A DNA stretch of 64,000 nt from Dehalococcoidia bacterium (GTDB taxonomy: Bacteria > Chloroflexota > Dehalococcoidia > Lucifugimonadales > JAGWBF01): NCBI GenBank assembly GCA_965247295.1, contig CBDFGQ010000004.1, forward strand, positions 65,356 to 129,355, in the 5' to 3' direction. The notes beneath the pieces were generated by a model. It saw only the letters and a list, made by a program, of their open reading frames with translations. It made no database searches and was not told where the DNA came from. The position numbers and the translations under genes are program-made. Numbering within the stretch: the first letter of the stretch is position 1; every line of letters begins with the position of its first letter. Below, piece after piece: positions 46,711 to 55,710 of this stretch.

Positions 46711-47271
46711 ATGAACGACCGATATGGCCTGGCGTCAGCTAAAGAGGTGGCGGATCAACTCGTGCGCCTGCTCGCTCCCCACTGTGAGCGGATCGCGGTA
46801 GCAGGATCCATCCGTCGCAAGCGGCCCCAGGTCAAAGACATCGAGTTGCTTTGCGCCTCGAAGGTCACGAGCACCGCTGACCTGTTCGGCAGAGCGGTCA
46901 CGAACTGGTACTTCCTAAACAAGAAACTCGACGCGCTGGTCGCGGACGGGTCGGTTCTAAATAAAAGGGCGGACAAGTCGGGGCGGTACAGCTACGGCGA
47001 GCACAACAAGCTCTTGGTCCATGTGCCCAGCGGTATTCCAGTTGACGTGTTCAGCTCGTCCACAAATAACTGGGGCATGAGCCTCGTGGTGAGGATCGGG
47101 CCGAAGGAGTTCAACGTTCGCATGATGTCCCGATTCCGCGAGCTGGGGATGTGGGGCCGTGCCTACGGTGGCGTGACGGACCAAGGGGGTACCGAGATCG
47201 AGTGCCCTGATGAGGAGACGGTCTTCCGGCTCTTGGGCTGGCCCTGGATGCCGCCGGAGAGGAGGAGCTAG
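46711..47271 (+). CDS. Minimal family X (Pol beta-like) nucleotidyltransferase/DNA polymerase, 186 aa
   Basis: IAVAGSIRRKRPQVKDIELLC, IPVDVFSS and C-terminal EETVFRLLGWPWMPPERR parallel the palm/thumb motifs of PolX enzymes. No 8-kDa or BRCT domains. Confidence 0.7.
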   Translation: MNDRYGLASAKEVADQLVRLLAPHCERIAVAGSIRRKRPQVKDIELLCASKVTSTADLFGRAVTNWYFLNKKLDALVADGSVLNKRADKSGRYSYGEHNKLLVHVPSGIPVDVFSSSTNNWGMSLVVRIGPKEFNVRMMSRFRELGMWGRAYGGVTDQGGTEIECPDEETVFRLLGWPWMPPERRS

Positions 47272-47274
47272 CCG

Positions 47275-47622
47275 ATGCTAGGCCGCTTGGTCATCGACGC
47301 TGCCATAACCGAGACGGAGTTCCAGGCCCAGGTTGTCCGGGCCGCCCGGATGTTCCGGTGGATGGTCAGTCACATGACGCTACCTCAGCGGTCTGAGCCA
47401 GGTGTGCCAGACCTGCTCATGGTGCGATCACCGCGAGTCATCTTCATGGAGCTCAAAAGCGAGAAAGGTCGGCTGGACACTAAGCAGCGATACAGTCCAA
47501 AGACAGGCCGAGCGCTACCGAATCAGAAGGACTGGAAGGACGCCTTGGAAGGCTGTATAGGGGTTGAGTATTTCCTTTGGAAGCCTAGTAATTGGGATGA
47601 GATAGTGGAGGTGCTGCGGTGA
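47275..47622 (+). CDS. VRR-NUC domain nuclease
   Basis: GVPDLLMVRSPRVIFMELKSEKGRL (PD...ExK). Confidence 0.75.
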   Translation: MLGRLVIDAAITETEFQAQVVRAARMFRWMVSHMTLPQRSEPGVPDLLMVRSPRVIFMELKSEKGRLDTKQRYSPKTGRALPNQKDWKDALEGCIGVEYFLWKPSNWDEIVEVLR

Positions 47623-48014
47623 GTCGTAAGCCCTACAAGTTCACTGCTCCAAGAAGGGCGCTAGTCCTCCAGGCCATAGCGGAGGGTAAGACACGCACGG
47701 CAGCTATGGAGGCGGTCGGGCTCCATCGTTCGGCGCTCTCCCACACTATGAAGCGCGACCCTGAGTTCGCCGCTCTGGTCGAGGCAGCCGAGATGCCAGT
47801 CCACGAGGCTGTGGAATCGGCACTGCTCAAGTCTGCCAAGAGCGGCAACGTCACAGCCCAGATATTCTACCTCTGCAACCGGGCCAAGGAGCGCTGGACT
47901 CACGTGAACCAGGTCAAGGTCGATACCAAGATCGACGTCCATGTGGGAACAGAGCAGGCGCTACAGGCGAAGATCATGGGCATGGCACAGCTAGGGGAGC
48001 CGGAGGAGGAGTGA
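47619..48014 (+). CDS. HTH protein resembling small terminase subunits
   Basis: N-terminal HTH (GKTRTAAMEAVGLHRSAL) and a GNVTAQIFYLCNRAKERW motif seen in HTH-type TerS proteins. It lies 3.7 kb upstream of TerL, so the assignment is tentative. Confidence 0.4.
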   Translation: MSRKPYKFTAPRRALVLQAIAEGKTRTAAMEAVGLHRSALSHTMKRDPEFAALVEAAEMPVHEAVESALLKSAKSGNVTAQIFYLCNRAKERWTHVNQVKVDTKIDVHVGTEQALQAKIMGMAQLGEPEEE

Positions 48015-48553
48015 TGGACCTTAACGCACTACAGCGCGAGGCCCACGCCATCGCCAAGGACCGCGGCTGGTGGGACGAGGAGCGGACCTTCGGCGACTGC
48101 ATCGCGCTGGTGCACTCGGAGCTGAGCGGGGCGCTGGAGGCGTATCGGGTTTGTGGAATAGTCGACTGTCCTCACGAACACACAGAAGGGGCAGGTGTCG
48201 CGGCCGAGCTCGCCGACGTGGTGATCCGGGTGGCGGACATGGCGGAGTGGTATGAGTTCCAATTGACCGACACCATCCCGACTGTTGTCTATGTCGCACA
48301 GGAAGCAGAACGGCCATTCGGCAGTTGGATAGCTCTACTCCACCACTGCTTAAGCAAATCGCTGGAGGCAAAGTGGCGGGATAGGCCGCCTTGTACAGCA
48401 ACTTACGATGGCTGGTGGGACTGGCTATGCCAGTGCTATCGCTGGGTTCGGAAGATGGCCGCCCACTACGGCATCGACCTGGACGCGGCCATCAAGGCCA
48501 AGATGGAGCACAACCGCACCAGGAGCTACAGGCACGGAGGTAAGGCGCTGTGA
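48011..48553 (+). CDS. MazG-like nucleotide pyrophosphohydrolase
   Basis: LVHSELSGALEAYR ... AAELADVVIRVADMAEW (ExxE...ExxD). Confidence 0.8.
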   Translation: MMDLNALQREAHAIAKDRGWWDEERTFGDCIALVHSELSGALEAYRVCGIVDCPHEHTEGAGVAAELADVVIRVADMAEWYEFQLTDTIPTVVYVAQEAERPFGSWIALLHHCLSKSLEAKWRDRPPCTATYDGWWDWLCQCYRWVRKMAAHYGIDLDAAIKAKMEHNRTRSYRHGGKAL

Positions 48554-49293
48554 CAATGAAACACATCGTCGCACTGTCGGGAGGGAAGGATTCTACGGTG
48601 ATGGCCCTGCACCTGGCCGAGGTCGAGCCGCTAGATTATGAATACATCATCACCCCCACTGGGGATGAACTGCCAGAGATGTATGAGCATTGGCAACGGC
48701 TTGGTGACCTGCTGGGCAAGCCGCTCAAGCCTGTTACGTCCGGCTACAGCCTCCAAGGGCTTATCCGCAAATGGAATGCCCTCCCGAACTGGCGGCAACG
48801 CTGGTGTACCCGTGTCCTGAAGATCGAGCCTTTCAACGCTTACCTGATGGCGAATCTGCCCGCCACAACCTATGTGGGGCTACGGGCGGACGAGGAAGAC
48901 AGGGAAGGAACCATCCTGGGCAACGTTGATGGCATTACCCAACGCTATCCCCTGCGTGAATGGGGTTGGGGCATCAACGACGTGCGACTCTATTTGGAAG
49001 GCCACGGTGTCTCAATCCCACAACGGACGGACTGTGCCCGGTGCTTTTTCCAGAGGGCAGGGGAATGGTACGAACTGTGGCGCAAGCATCCTGATCTTTA
49101 TGAAGAAGCAGTTGCCGACGAAGAACGCACAGGATACACGTTTCGTAAGCCGGGCGGACATAAAGATCGGCACCCTGTTGGGCTGGCAGACCTCCGGCAT
49201 TCTTTCGAGCGAGACCACATCCCCCGTGGTGCTGGGCAAATCTCCTTATTCAGCGATAACCGTGAGGATATGTGCCGTGTGTGCAGTTTATGA
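48550..49293 (+). CDS. PAPS-reductase/ATP-PPase family protein (DndC/IbrA-like)
   Basis: HIVALSGGKDSTVMAL PP-loop and WCTRVLKIEP. Confidence 0.85.
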   Translation: MTMKHIVALSGGKDSTVMALHLAEVEPLDYEYIITPTGDELPEMYEHWQRLGDLLGKPLKPVTSGYSLQGLIRKWNALPNWRQRWCTRVLKIEPFNAYLMANLPATTYVGLRADEEDREGTILGNVDGITQRYPLREWGWGINDVRLYLEGHGVSIPQRTDCARCFFQRAGEWYELWRKHPDLYEEAVADEERTGYTFRKPGGHKDRHPVGLADLRHSFERDHIPRGAGQISLFSDNREDMCRVCSL

Positions 49294-49335
49294 CGGCCAA
49301 TATCTCGGCCCCTACCGGCACGGAGGGAAGGCGCT

Positions 49336-50100
49336 GTGAGGCTCCTGGACCTGTACTGCGGGGCTGGCGGGGCGGCGATGGGCTACCACCGTGCGGGCTT
49401 TGACGAGATCGTCGGCGTGGATATTGCGCCGCAGCCCCGTTATCCGTTCGAGTTCGTCCAGGCCGACGCGCTGGAGTATCTGGCAGAGCACGGCCACGAC
49501 TACGACGCCATCCACGCGAGCCCGCCATGCCAAGGCTACAGCATCATGCACAACCTGCCGTGGCTCAGGGGAGGGGACTACCCGCTGCTGATCTTGCCTA
49601 CTATCGAAATGCTGGAAGCCCTCGGCAAGCCCTACGTCGTGGAGAACGTCATGGGGGCAAGACACGGGTCGAAGACTCTCCAGAAGCGGGGGCTAGAGGC
49701 ACATGGGCTCAAGGCGGGGTGGCTGTGTGGCGCGATGTTCGGGCTGCCGTTCTACCGGCATCGGCTGTTTGCGACGAACTGGATGTGGCTGGCGCCGGGG
49801 CATGGGAAGCACGTCAAGGTCATACAGCACGGTCGCATGTTGAAGGATAGAGCCAACCAAGTTGTCTACCGTGAATCTGCTGGCCGGGACAGCGGTGGTC
49901 TGACGCAGCCCGCGAATTCCCTTGCCCGCTGGCAAGGCAACGGTGCCCAAGGCAACGGTGTCGGTATCGGTCACGCCAAGGGCTGGCGGCTCGCAGCCGA
50001 TGCGATGGGCATCGACTGGATGAAGCGCGACGAATTGGCGCAGGCCATCCCACCGGTATATTGCGAATTTATTGGGCGGCAACTGCTGGAGGCGCTGTGA
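49336..50100 (+). CDS. DNA (cytosine-5)-methyltransferase
   Basis: LLDLYCGAGG (motif I), SPPCQGYS (motif IV), VVENV (motif VI). Confidence 0.85.
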   Translation: MRLLDLYCGAGGAAMGYHRAGFDEIVGVDIAPQPRYPFEFVQADALEYLAEHGHDYDAIHASPPCQGYSIMHNLPWLRGGDYPLLILPTIEMLEALGKPYVVENVMGARHGSKTLQKRGLEAHGLKAGWLCGAMFGLPFYRHRLFATNWMWLAPGHGKHVKVIQHGRMLKDRANQVVYRESAGRDSGGLTQPANSLARWQGNGAQGNGVGIGHAKGWRLAADAMGIDWMKRDELAQAIPPVYCEFIGRQLLEAL

Positions 50101-50276
50101 GTGACATCAAGAAGGCTTGCCTGAAGTGCGGGAAGGACCTGGCGGTCCGCGTCAACGGAGAGACCCATGAGGAGTTCTTGGGTTGTAGCCAGTACCCAGA
50201 GTGCGAGCACACAGAGCCACTACCCGTAGATATGGTCCTGCGCCGTCAGGGAGCGGCGACGCTCCCCGGTTTGTGA
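50097..50276 (+). CDS. Topoisomerase-type C4 zinc-finger protein
   Basis: GTG at 50097 overlaps the upstream TGA. CLKCGKDLAVRVNGETHEEFLGCSQYPECEH. Confidence 0.6.
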   Translation: MSDIKKACLKCGKDLAVRVNGETHEEFLGCSQYPECEHTEPLPVDMVLRRQGAATLPGL

Positions 50277-50292
50277 TCAAGCGGAGGTTTAC

Positions 50293-50592
50293 ATGACCAG
50301 ACTGTCTCCAGAATTCTACCGGCAGCGGGGCGAAGAGGGCCGCCCCTACATACTCCACTACCTGGCAACAGGCGATCAGGTATATGTCCCACCCCAGAGG
50401 CCCTGGGTCCGCGCTCCCAAGCCCGAGCGCTGTGGGCATTGCGGGACGGATGGTCGTATTAACCTCGTGCGTATCCGGCCCAGCAACGGGGATATGGGAG
50501 ACGGGTGGGCCTGCATCCAGTGTGGATGGACCCTGTACGACCCTGGGTGTATTGAAGACCTCAATGTGCCGGAGGGAAGGAGGCGAAAGTGA
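50293..50592 (+). CDS. Hypothetical zinc-ribbon protein
   Basis: 99 aa with CGHCG...CIQCG. Confidence 0.5.
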   Translation: MTRLSPEFYRQRGEEGRPYILHYLATGDQVYVPPQRPWVRAPKPERCGHCGTDGRINLVRIRPSNGDMGDGWACIQCGWTLYDPGCIEDLNVPEGRRRK

Positions 50593-50867
50593 AGCCGATA
50601 AACCTAACCGTGCCCTGGCTCCCTGAATGGATCCACGCCGTAATGCTCTGGCCGTTCATCGTCTATCGGCGTGGCGGCGAGGCCAGTATCACCCTTCGCC
50701 GCCACGAGTATTACCACTGGAGGCAGGCGGTCCAGTGGGGCGTCGTTCCCTGGTATCTGGCCTACGTGATCTTGCTGCCGTTCTACTGGAAGCGGCCACG
50801 GGAGCATCCGATGGAGGTGGAAGCCTACGCAGTGCAACGGGCGACGGCAAGGAAGATGCAATCCTAG
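50589..50867 (+). CDS. Hypothetical membrane-associated protein with HExxH motif
   Basis: 92 aa, hydrophobic segments, RRHEYYHWRQA. Confidence 0.45.
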   Translation: MKPINLTVPWLPEWIHAVMLWPFIVYRRGGEASITLRRHEYYHWRQAVQWGVVPWYLAYVILLPFYWKRPREHPMEVEAYAVQRATARKMQS

Positions 50868-50889
50868 CCTAGCGAGGGGGAGACAGGCG

Positions 50890-51180
50890 ATGAGCTACGA
50901 AGCTATAGACCAAGCAGTTAGGGTATTGAACGAGGCGCTGGAAGCTGACCCTGGGGCGATGCTAGCTCTCATGAATTTCGGGGTGACAGTGAACCAAACC
51001 CTTGCTGACCATCCTACGATCCAAGTATGGAGTAAGGAGGAGACTGATGGGCAAGGGTACAGACTCCGACCGTTAGGACTCATCAACGGCCTGTTCGGGG
51101 TAGATATCTATCAATGGGGATATATTGCCATGTCTATGAACGAGGATGGGACGATAGACAAATTCTCTCGCACACCCTAA
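50890..51180 (+). CDS. Hypothetical protein
   Basis: 96-aa ORF in the operon. No motif recognised. Confidence 0.45.
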   Translation: MSYEAIDQAVRVLNEALEADPGAMLALMNFGVTVNQTLADHPTIQVWSKEETDGQGYRLRPLGLINGLFGVDIYQWGYIAMSMNEDGTIDKFSRTP

Positions 51181-51274
51181 GGCTCAGAATGTTTGAGTGT
51201 AGACAGTTCGACAATGAGGCATATGCGTGCCCGAACCGGAGGGTCCAAGCGGAAGCTGCTATGGAGCGACGCCG

Positions 51275-51760
51275 TTGACCTCCGCGATTGAGCGCGCCGT
51301 CGCCGCCGTAGGCCCTGCCTTATCGTTGCAGCCTATGACTCTCACAGAGGCCAACCGGTGGGTTGATGCTGTTCACCGTCATCATCGCGCTCCACAAGGA
51401 GGACTGTTCGCTATAGGGGTCTCTGCTGAGCAGGAAGTGGTGGGTGTCGCTATTGTGGGTCGGCCAGTCTCCCGTCATCAGCAGGATGGCTGGACTGTGG
51501 AAGTTACAAGAGTGGCGGTGAAAGAAGGCTATCCGAACGCTTGTTCAATGCTGTACGGCGCATGTTGGCGAGCTGCGCGGTCTATGGGTTATCGGCGGGC
51601 AATAACCTACACGCTCAAGTCTGAACTTGGGACGTCAGTCAAGGCTGCCGGTTGGACTGAGATAGGCACTGCTGGCGGTGGCACGTGGAACAGGAAAGAC
51701 CGGCCACGGGTAGATACACACCCACTAGAGCAAAAAACTCTCTGGGATAGACGCGTATGA
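51275..51760 (+). CDS. XF1762-family / GNAT-fold-like protein commonly found next to phage terminases
   Basis: LTEANRWVDAVHRHHRAPQGGLFAIGV...GVAIVGRPVSR...EVTRVAV...ITYTL..E.GTSVKAAGW. TTG at 51275 (GGAG 8 nt upstream) is preferred. Alternatives are GTG 51227 and ATG 51335. Confidence 0.6.
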   Translation: MTSAIERAVAAVGPALSLQPMTLTEANRWVDAVHRHHRAPQGGLFAIGVSAEQEVVGVAIVGRPVSRHQQDGWTVEVTRVAVKEGYPNACSMLYGACWRAARSMGYRRAITYTLKSELGTSVKAAGWTEIGTAGGGTWNRKDRPRVDTHPLEQKTLWDRRV

Positions 51761-53022
51761 CCTCATCGGCCATCGAGAGAGCAGTCCAAGCGGTTGGGCC
51801 TGAACGCTTCCTAGCGTCCCTGTCCACCCAGGAGCAACAGGCCCTCGCCTACCAGTGGCGGCTATGGGCCAGGCCCTCGCAGCTGCCGCCGCCTGGTGAA
51901 TGGCTGACGTGGCTCATCATGGCTGGGCGCGGGTTCGGCAAGACCAGGACGGGCGCGGAATGGATACGCCAGCGCGTGGAATTAGGCGAGACTCGCCGAA
52001 TCGCCTTGGTAGGCCGGACCCCAGCGGATGCCCGCGACGTCATGGTGGAAGGAGAGTCCGGTATCCTGAACGTCTTCCCTCCTGATCAACGTCCCATCTA
52101 TGAGCCGTCGAAGCGCCGCATTACGTTTCATACTGGGGCCATTGCTACGGTCTATTCGTCGGAGAACCCGGAGCAGCTAAGAGGGCCTACTCATGACACG
52201 GCGTGGGTGGACGAATTGGGGACTTTTCAGTCCTCGGAGACGTTCGATAATTTACAGCTCGGCCTTCGTATGGGCCGACCCCGACAGATCGTCACGACCA
52301 CGCCGCGACCAGTGAGGACTATTCGGGACCTGGTTGCCGACTCGGACACCGTGATCACCAAAGGCACTAGCTACGAGAATCGGGCTAACCTTGCCCCTGC
52401 ATTCTATCGCCAGGTCATACGGCGCTATGAGGGCACAAGGCGCGGCCAGCAAGAGATCATGGGCCTGCTCCTGGAGGATGTGCCAGGCGCTCTCTGGCAG
52501 CGGAGCATGATCAAGTACAAGGCTGCGCCGGAACTAGAGCGTGTAGTTATTGGCATTGACCCTTCGGTGTCGGACAGTGAAGATGCCGCAAGATGTGGTA
52601 TAGTAGCAGCAGGAAAGGGCACAGATGGTATATATTACGTGCTCGCCGACAGGTCTCTACGGGCCAGCCCCGACCGTTGGGCGCATGAAGCAATTAGCCT
52701 CTTCCATGAGCTCAAGGCCGATAGAATCATTGCCGAGGTCAACCAGGGCGGGAAGATGGTGGAGCTTACGCTTAGAACAATTGATCCACTGATTCCCTAC
52801 AGTGCCGTCCACGCCAGCGTCGGCAAGAAGGCTAGGGCTGAGCCTGTATCTGCGCTATATGAACAGAATCGCGTTTTCCACGTGAAACCGTTCCGGGACC
52901 TAGAAGACGAATTTGTCACCTGGACTCCGGAAGAGGGGCCGAGTCCGGATAGGCTAGATGCCTGTGTTTACGCGCTCACGGAGCTTGCGTTAAGCCGACA
53001 GTGGAGGATGAGACCGATATGA
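51757..53022 (+). CDS. Terminase large subunit
   Basis: Walker A GRGFGKTRTGAEW, VDELG (Walker B-like), C-terminal RNase H-like nuclease region. ATGA overlap with the upstream gene. Confidence 0.9.
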   Translation: MTSSAIERAVQAVGPERFLASLSTQEQQALAYQWRLWARPSQLPPPGEWLTWLIMAGRGFGKTRTGAEWIRQRVELGETRRIALVGRTPADARDVMVEGESGILNVFPPDQRPIYEPSKRRITFHTGAIATVYSSENPEQLRGPTHDTAWVDELGTFQSSETFDNLQLGLRMGRPRQIVTTTPRPVRTIRDLVADSDTVITKGTSYENRANLAPAFYRQVIRRYEGTRRGQQEIMGLLLEDVPGALWQRSMIKYKAAPELERVVIGIDPSVSDSEDAARCGIVAAGKGTDGIYYVLADRSLRASPDRWAHEAISLFHELKADRIIAEVNQGGKMVELTLRTIDPLIPYSAVHASVGKKARAEPVSALYEQNRVFHVKPFRDLEDEFVTWTPEEGPSPDRLDACVYALTELALSRQWRMRPI

Positions 53023-53276
53023 ATGAAATCCAACTAGGCGCGATGTACAGAGACAAGCTCAGCGGGTTTATTGGTCGGGCATACTCGATTACCCGCTACT
53101 GGGCGGGGTGCGAGAGGGTGGTTTTGCAGCCACCAGTAGGAGAGGATGGGAAGCGGTCAGAGACGGAGCACTTCGATGTACCGCAACTAGAGCGCTTGGA
53201 CGAACCTGTCGTTGCACCCCCGGTTCTAGGTGTGGTTGACAAAACCGGCGGTGACCGACCAATACCCGACTGGTAG
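53019..53276 (+). CDS. Hypothetical protein
   Basis: ATGA-coupled to TerL. 85 aa. Confidence 0.45.
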   Translation: MNEIQLGAMYRDKLSGFIGRAYSITRYWAGCERVVLQPPVGEDGKRSETEHFDVPQLERLDEPVVAPPVLGVVDKTGGDRPIPDW

Positions 53277-53293
53277 AGGATGAGGCCTATCTA

Positions 53294-53563
53294 ATGGTTA
53301 AACAGACTCGAATAATCTTCACCTTGGGCGGCGTGGTACAAATACGTTTCGTATGTCCCAAGTGCGACGGAGCAGTGACTCAAAAACTCGATGCCAGTGA
53401 GCGATTGCCTGATCAATGTCCTTCATGTAAACAGCCATGGTCCAAAGAGCCGGGGATTCGTAGCAGCGATCAGATCTTCTTAGAAGCATTGCGACATTAT
53501 CTGAAGCAAGATGTGTTTCACGTGCAACTGCAATTCGAATTGGATGGCGAGAAGACAGAGTGA
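53294..53563 (+). CDS. Small zinc-ribbon protein, paralogue A
   Basis: MVKQTRIIFTLGGVVQIRFVCPKCDGAVTQ...QCPSCKQPW. Paralogous to 61067-61363. Confidence 0.6.
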   Translation: MVKQTRIIFTLGGVVQIRFVCPKCDGAVTQKLDASERLPDQCPSCKQPWSKEPGIRSSDQIFLEALRHYLKQDVFHVQLQFELDGEKTE

Positions 53564-53567
53564 CATC

Positions 53568-55652
53568 ATGAACCGCTTCACCCGTGGCCTCAAGGCGTTT
53601 ACCCAAATGATCTTTGGCCGCACTGCCAGTGGTCGCTCCCCGCTGTTCCTGCCCCGCACAGCCATTGACTACGAGCGCGAGGTAGGCGACGGCACCAAGT
53701 CCGATATCGTCATGGCTGGCGTTCACTGGCTTATGGGGGCCTTCCCCGAAGCCCCGGTTATCCTGAATCGGCTAGGCACCGACGGTAGCCCAGAGCCCGT
53801 CCTCATGCACGACTTTCTTGCCCTCCTGAAGCGTCCCAACCTGTACTACAGCGGTGAGCAGCTCTGGATGGGCATTGAGATGAGCTACACCGTGAGCGGC
53901 AACGCTTACGCCATCATCGTGTCAAACAACGCTGGTCGGCCTGCTCAACTCTGGTGGGTTCCACATTGGATGATGGAACCGGAATGGGATAGGGAGGGAA
54001 ACGAGTTCCTTACGCATTACGTCTACTCTCCACCGGGCCATAGGCCGATACGCATCGAAGCCGAGGATGTGCTGCACTTCCGGTTCGGCTTCGACCCTAA
54101 CAATCCGCGTAAGGGGCTATCGCCTTTACGCACAGTCATGCGTGAACTATTTACCGATGCAGAGGCAGCCAACTGGACCGCTTCGTTCCTGCGCAATGGT
54201 GCCGTCCCGTCTATCATGGTCATGCCCAAAGAGAACGCCAACATCATCCAGTCCGATGATGACCTAAAGGCTACGAAGGCTGACCTATCAGCTAGCTTCA
54301 CAGGAGACCGTCGTGGCGAACCCATGGCCATTGGAGCTCCAGTTGATATTGCGCAGTTTGGCTATAACCCGCAGGAGATGGACTTAGCGTCCCTGAGAAG
54401 GATTCCTGAGACTCGTGCAGCCGCTGTCCTACGGCTTCCCCCAATCGTCATGGGTCTGCTATCTGGTCTCCAATTTGCGACGTACGCGAACTTCCGTGAA
54501 GCAGAACGTGTGGCCTACCGGGCCAATCTCATACCAACCTATCGCAACATGGCAGGCACGCTGCGCACTCAATTGCTTTCCAGGTTCGAGCAGAACATCG
54601 ATCTGTTCGAAGTACAGTTCGATACCTCACAGGTAGAGGCTTTGCAGGAGAATGCGGACGAACGGGCGGCCCGATGGCGTGGCCTGTGGGTCGATGGAGT
54701 CGCCGAGCTGGGCGAAGCCCGTGCAGAAGTGGGTCTTACTGTGGACCCAGCGATACATAGTATTCGGCGTGTGCCGCTTGCGGTTTTGGAGATTCCCGCG
54801 GGAGAGGCGGTTTCCTCCTTCCTGCCACCCCCGTCTGGCCCTGAGACCCGAAGTCGTAAGGCCGTGGGCATTAAGGCGACTGCCGCCCAGCGCAACGTCA
54901 TCCTCGCCCTCCAGCGGGACGCTCTCAGATTGGAAGAGGCCTTTACGAAAGACCTTGAGCCAGCCTTTGAAGAACTAGGGCGGTTGGCAGAGCGGGCCTA
55001 CGAGGAGGCCCAGGTGTTGGTGCGTGCTGGTGGCAATGGCCGTGAGGAGAAGCAAACACCGGAGGAGGAAAAGCTAGCCGAGCGCATCATACAGCGCATG
55101 GCGCTAAGCCAGTGGAGCCAGGACGCCTTGATTCCTGCCTTCGATGGACACTATTTACGCACGACTCAAATGACGGTTGGGTCTATCAACAACGTCCTAA
55201 GTCTCAGTGTCAACCTCCCCGATCCAGTGGCGCGGGAGATCGTGGCTGCTGGCGGGCGCCGTGCGGGGCTCCTGGACATTACAGGGGATACACGACGGGC
55301 CATTTTTCGCTCTCTGGCCGACGGTAGATCTGCAGGAGAAGGCCCCGCAGCTTTGGGCCGCCGCATCCGTAGCCAGGTGCCCGCAGGGCGGTTTACGAAT
55401 GCTGGGGCGAAGTATAGGGCAAACCTTATTGCGAGGACAGAGACGCTTCATGCCCAACGTGTCAGCTCGCTCGAAGCGTATAGGGCTTCGGATGTAGTTA
55501 CAGGCGTAGTAGCTTTCGACAATCAGACTGGATACGGTGACGAGGAGTGCGTGGCGCGGGATGGTAGGGTGTTCACCTTTGAAGAGGCTGAGGCTGAGAT
55601 GGCCTCTGAACATCCCCAGGGTACGCTTAACTTCGCACCAAATGTTGGTTAA
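53568..55652 (+). CDS. Portal protein (HK97 family) fused to a Mu F/SPP1 gp7-like head-morphogenesis domain
   Basis: The N-terminal 400 aa are portal-like (NLYYSGEQLWMGIEMSYTVSGNAY...). The C-terminus RANLIARTETLHAQRVSSLEAY...DEECVARDGRVF is MuF-like. Confidence 0.8.
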   Translation: MNRFTRGLKAFTQMIFGRTASGRSPLFLPRTAIDYEREVGDGTKSDIVMAGVHWLMGAFPEAPVILNRLGTDGSPEPVLMHDFLALLKRPNLYYSGEQLWMGIEMSYTVSGNAYAIIVSNNAGRPAQLWWVPHWMMEPEWDREGNEFLTHYVYSPPGHRPIRIEAEDVLHFRFGFDPNNPRKGLSPLRTVMRELFTDAEAANWTASFLRNGAVPSIMVMPKENANIIQSDDDLKATKADLSASFTGDRRGEPMAIGAPVDIAQFGYNPQEMDLASLRRIPETRAAAVLRLPPIVMGLLSGLQFATYANFREAERVAYRANLIPTYRNMAGTLRTQLLSRFEQNIDLFEVQFDTSQVEALQENADERAARWRGLWVDGVAELGEARAEVGLTVDPAIHSIRRVPLAVLEIPAGEAVSSFLPPPSGPETRSRKAVGIKATAAQRNVILALQRDALRLEEAFTKDLEPAFEELGRLAERAYEEAQVLVRAGGNGREEKQTPEEEKLAERIIQRMALSQWSQDALIPAFDGHYLRTTQMTVGSINNVLSLSVNLPDPVAREIVAAGGRRAGLLDITGDTRRAIFRSLADGRSAGEGPAALGRRIRSQVPAGRFTNAGAKYRANLIARTETLHAQRVSSLEAYRASDVVTGVVAFDNQTGYGDEECVARDGRVFTFEEAEAEMASEHPQGTLNFAPNVG

Positions 55653-55710
55653 GGCCGTTGGATTTGTTTCAATGCATTACCGAAGACTTTCGGAGAGCTG
55701 AGAAAGTCGA

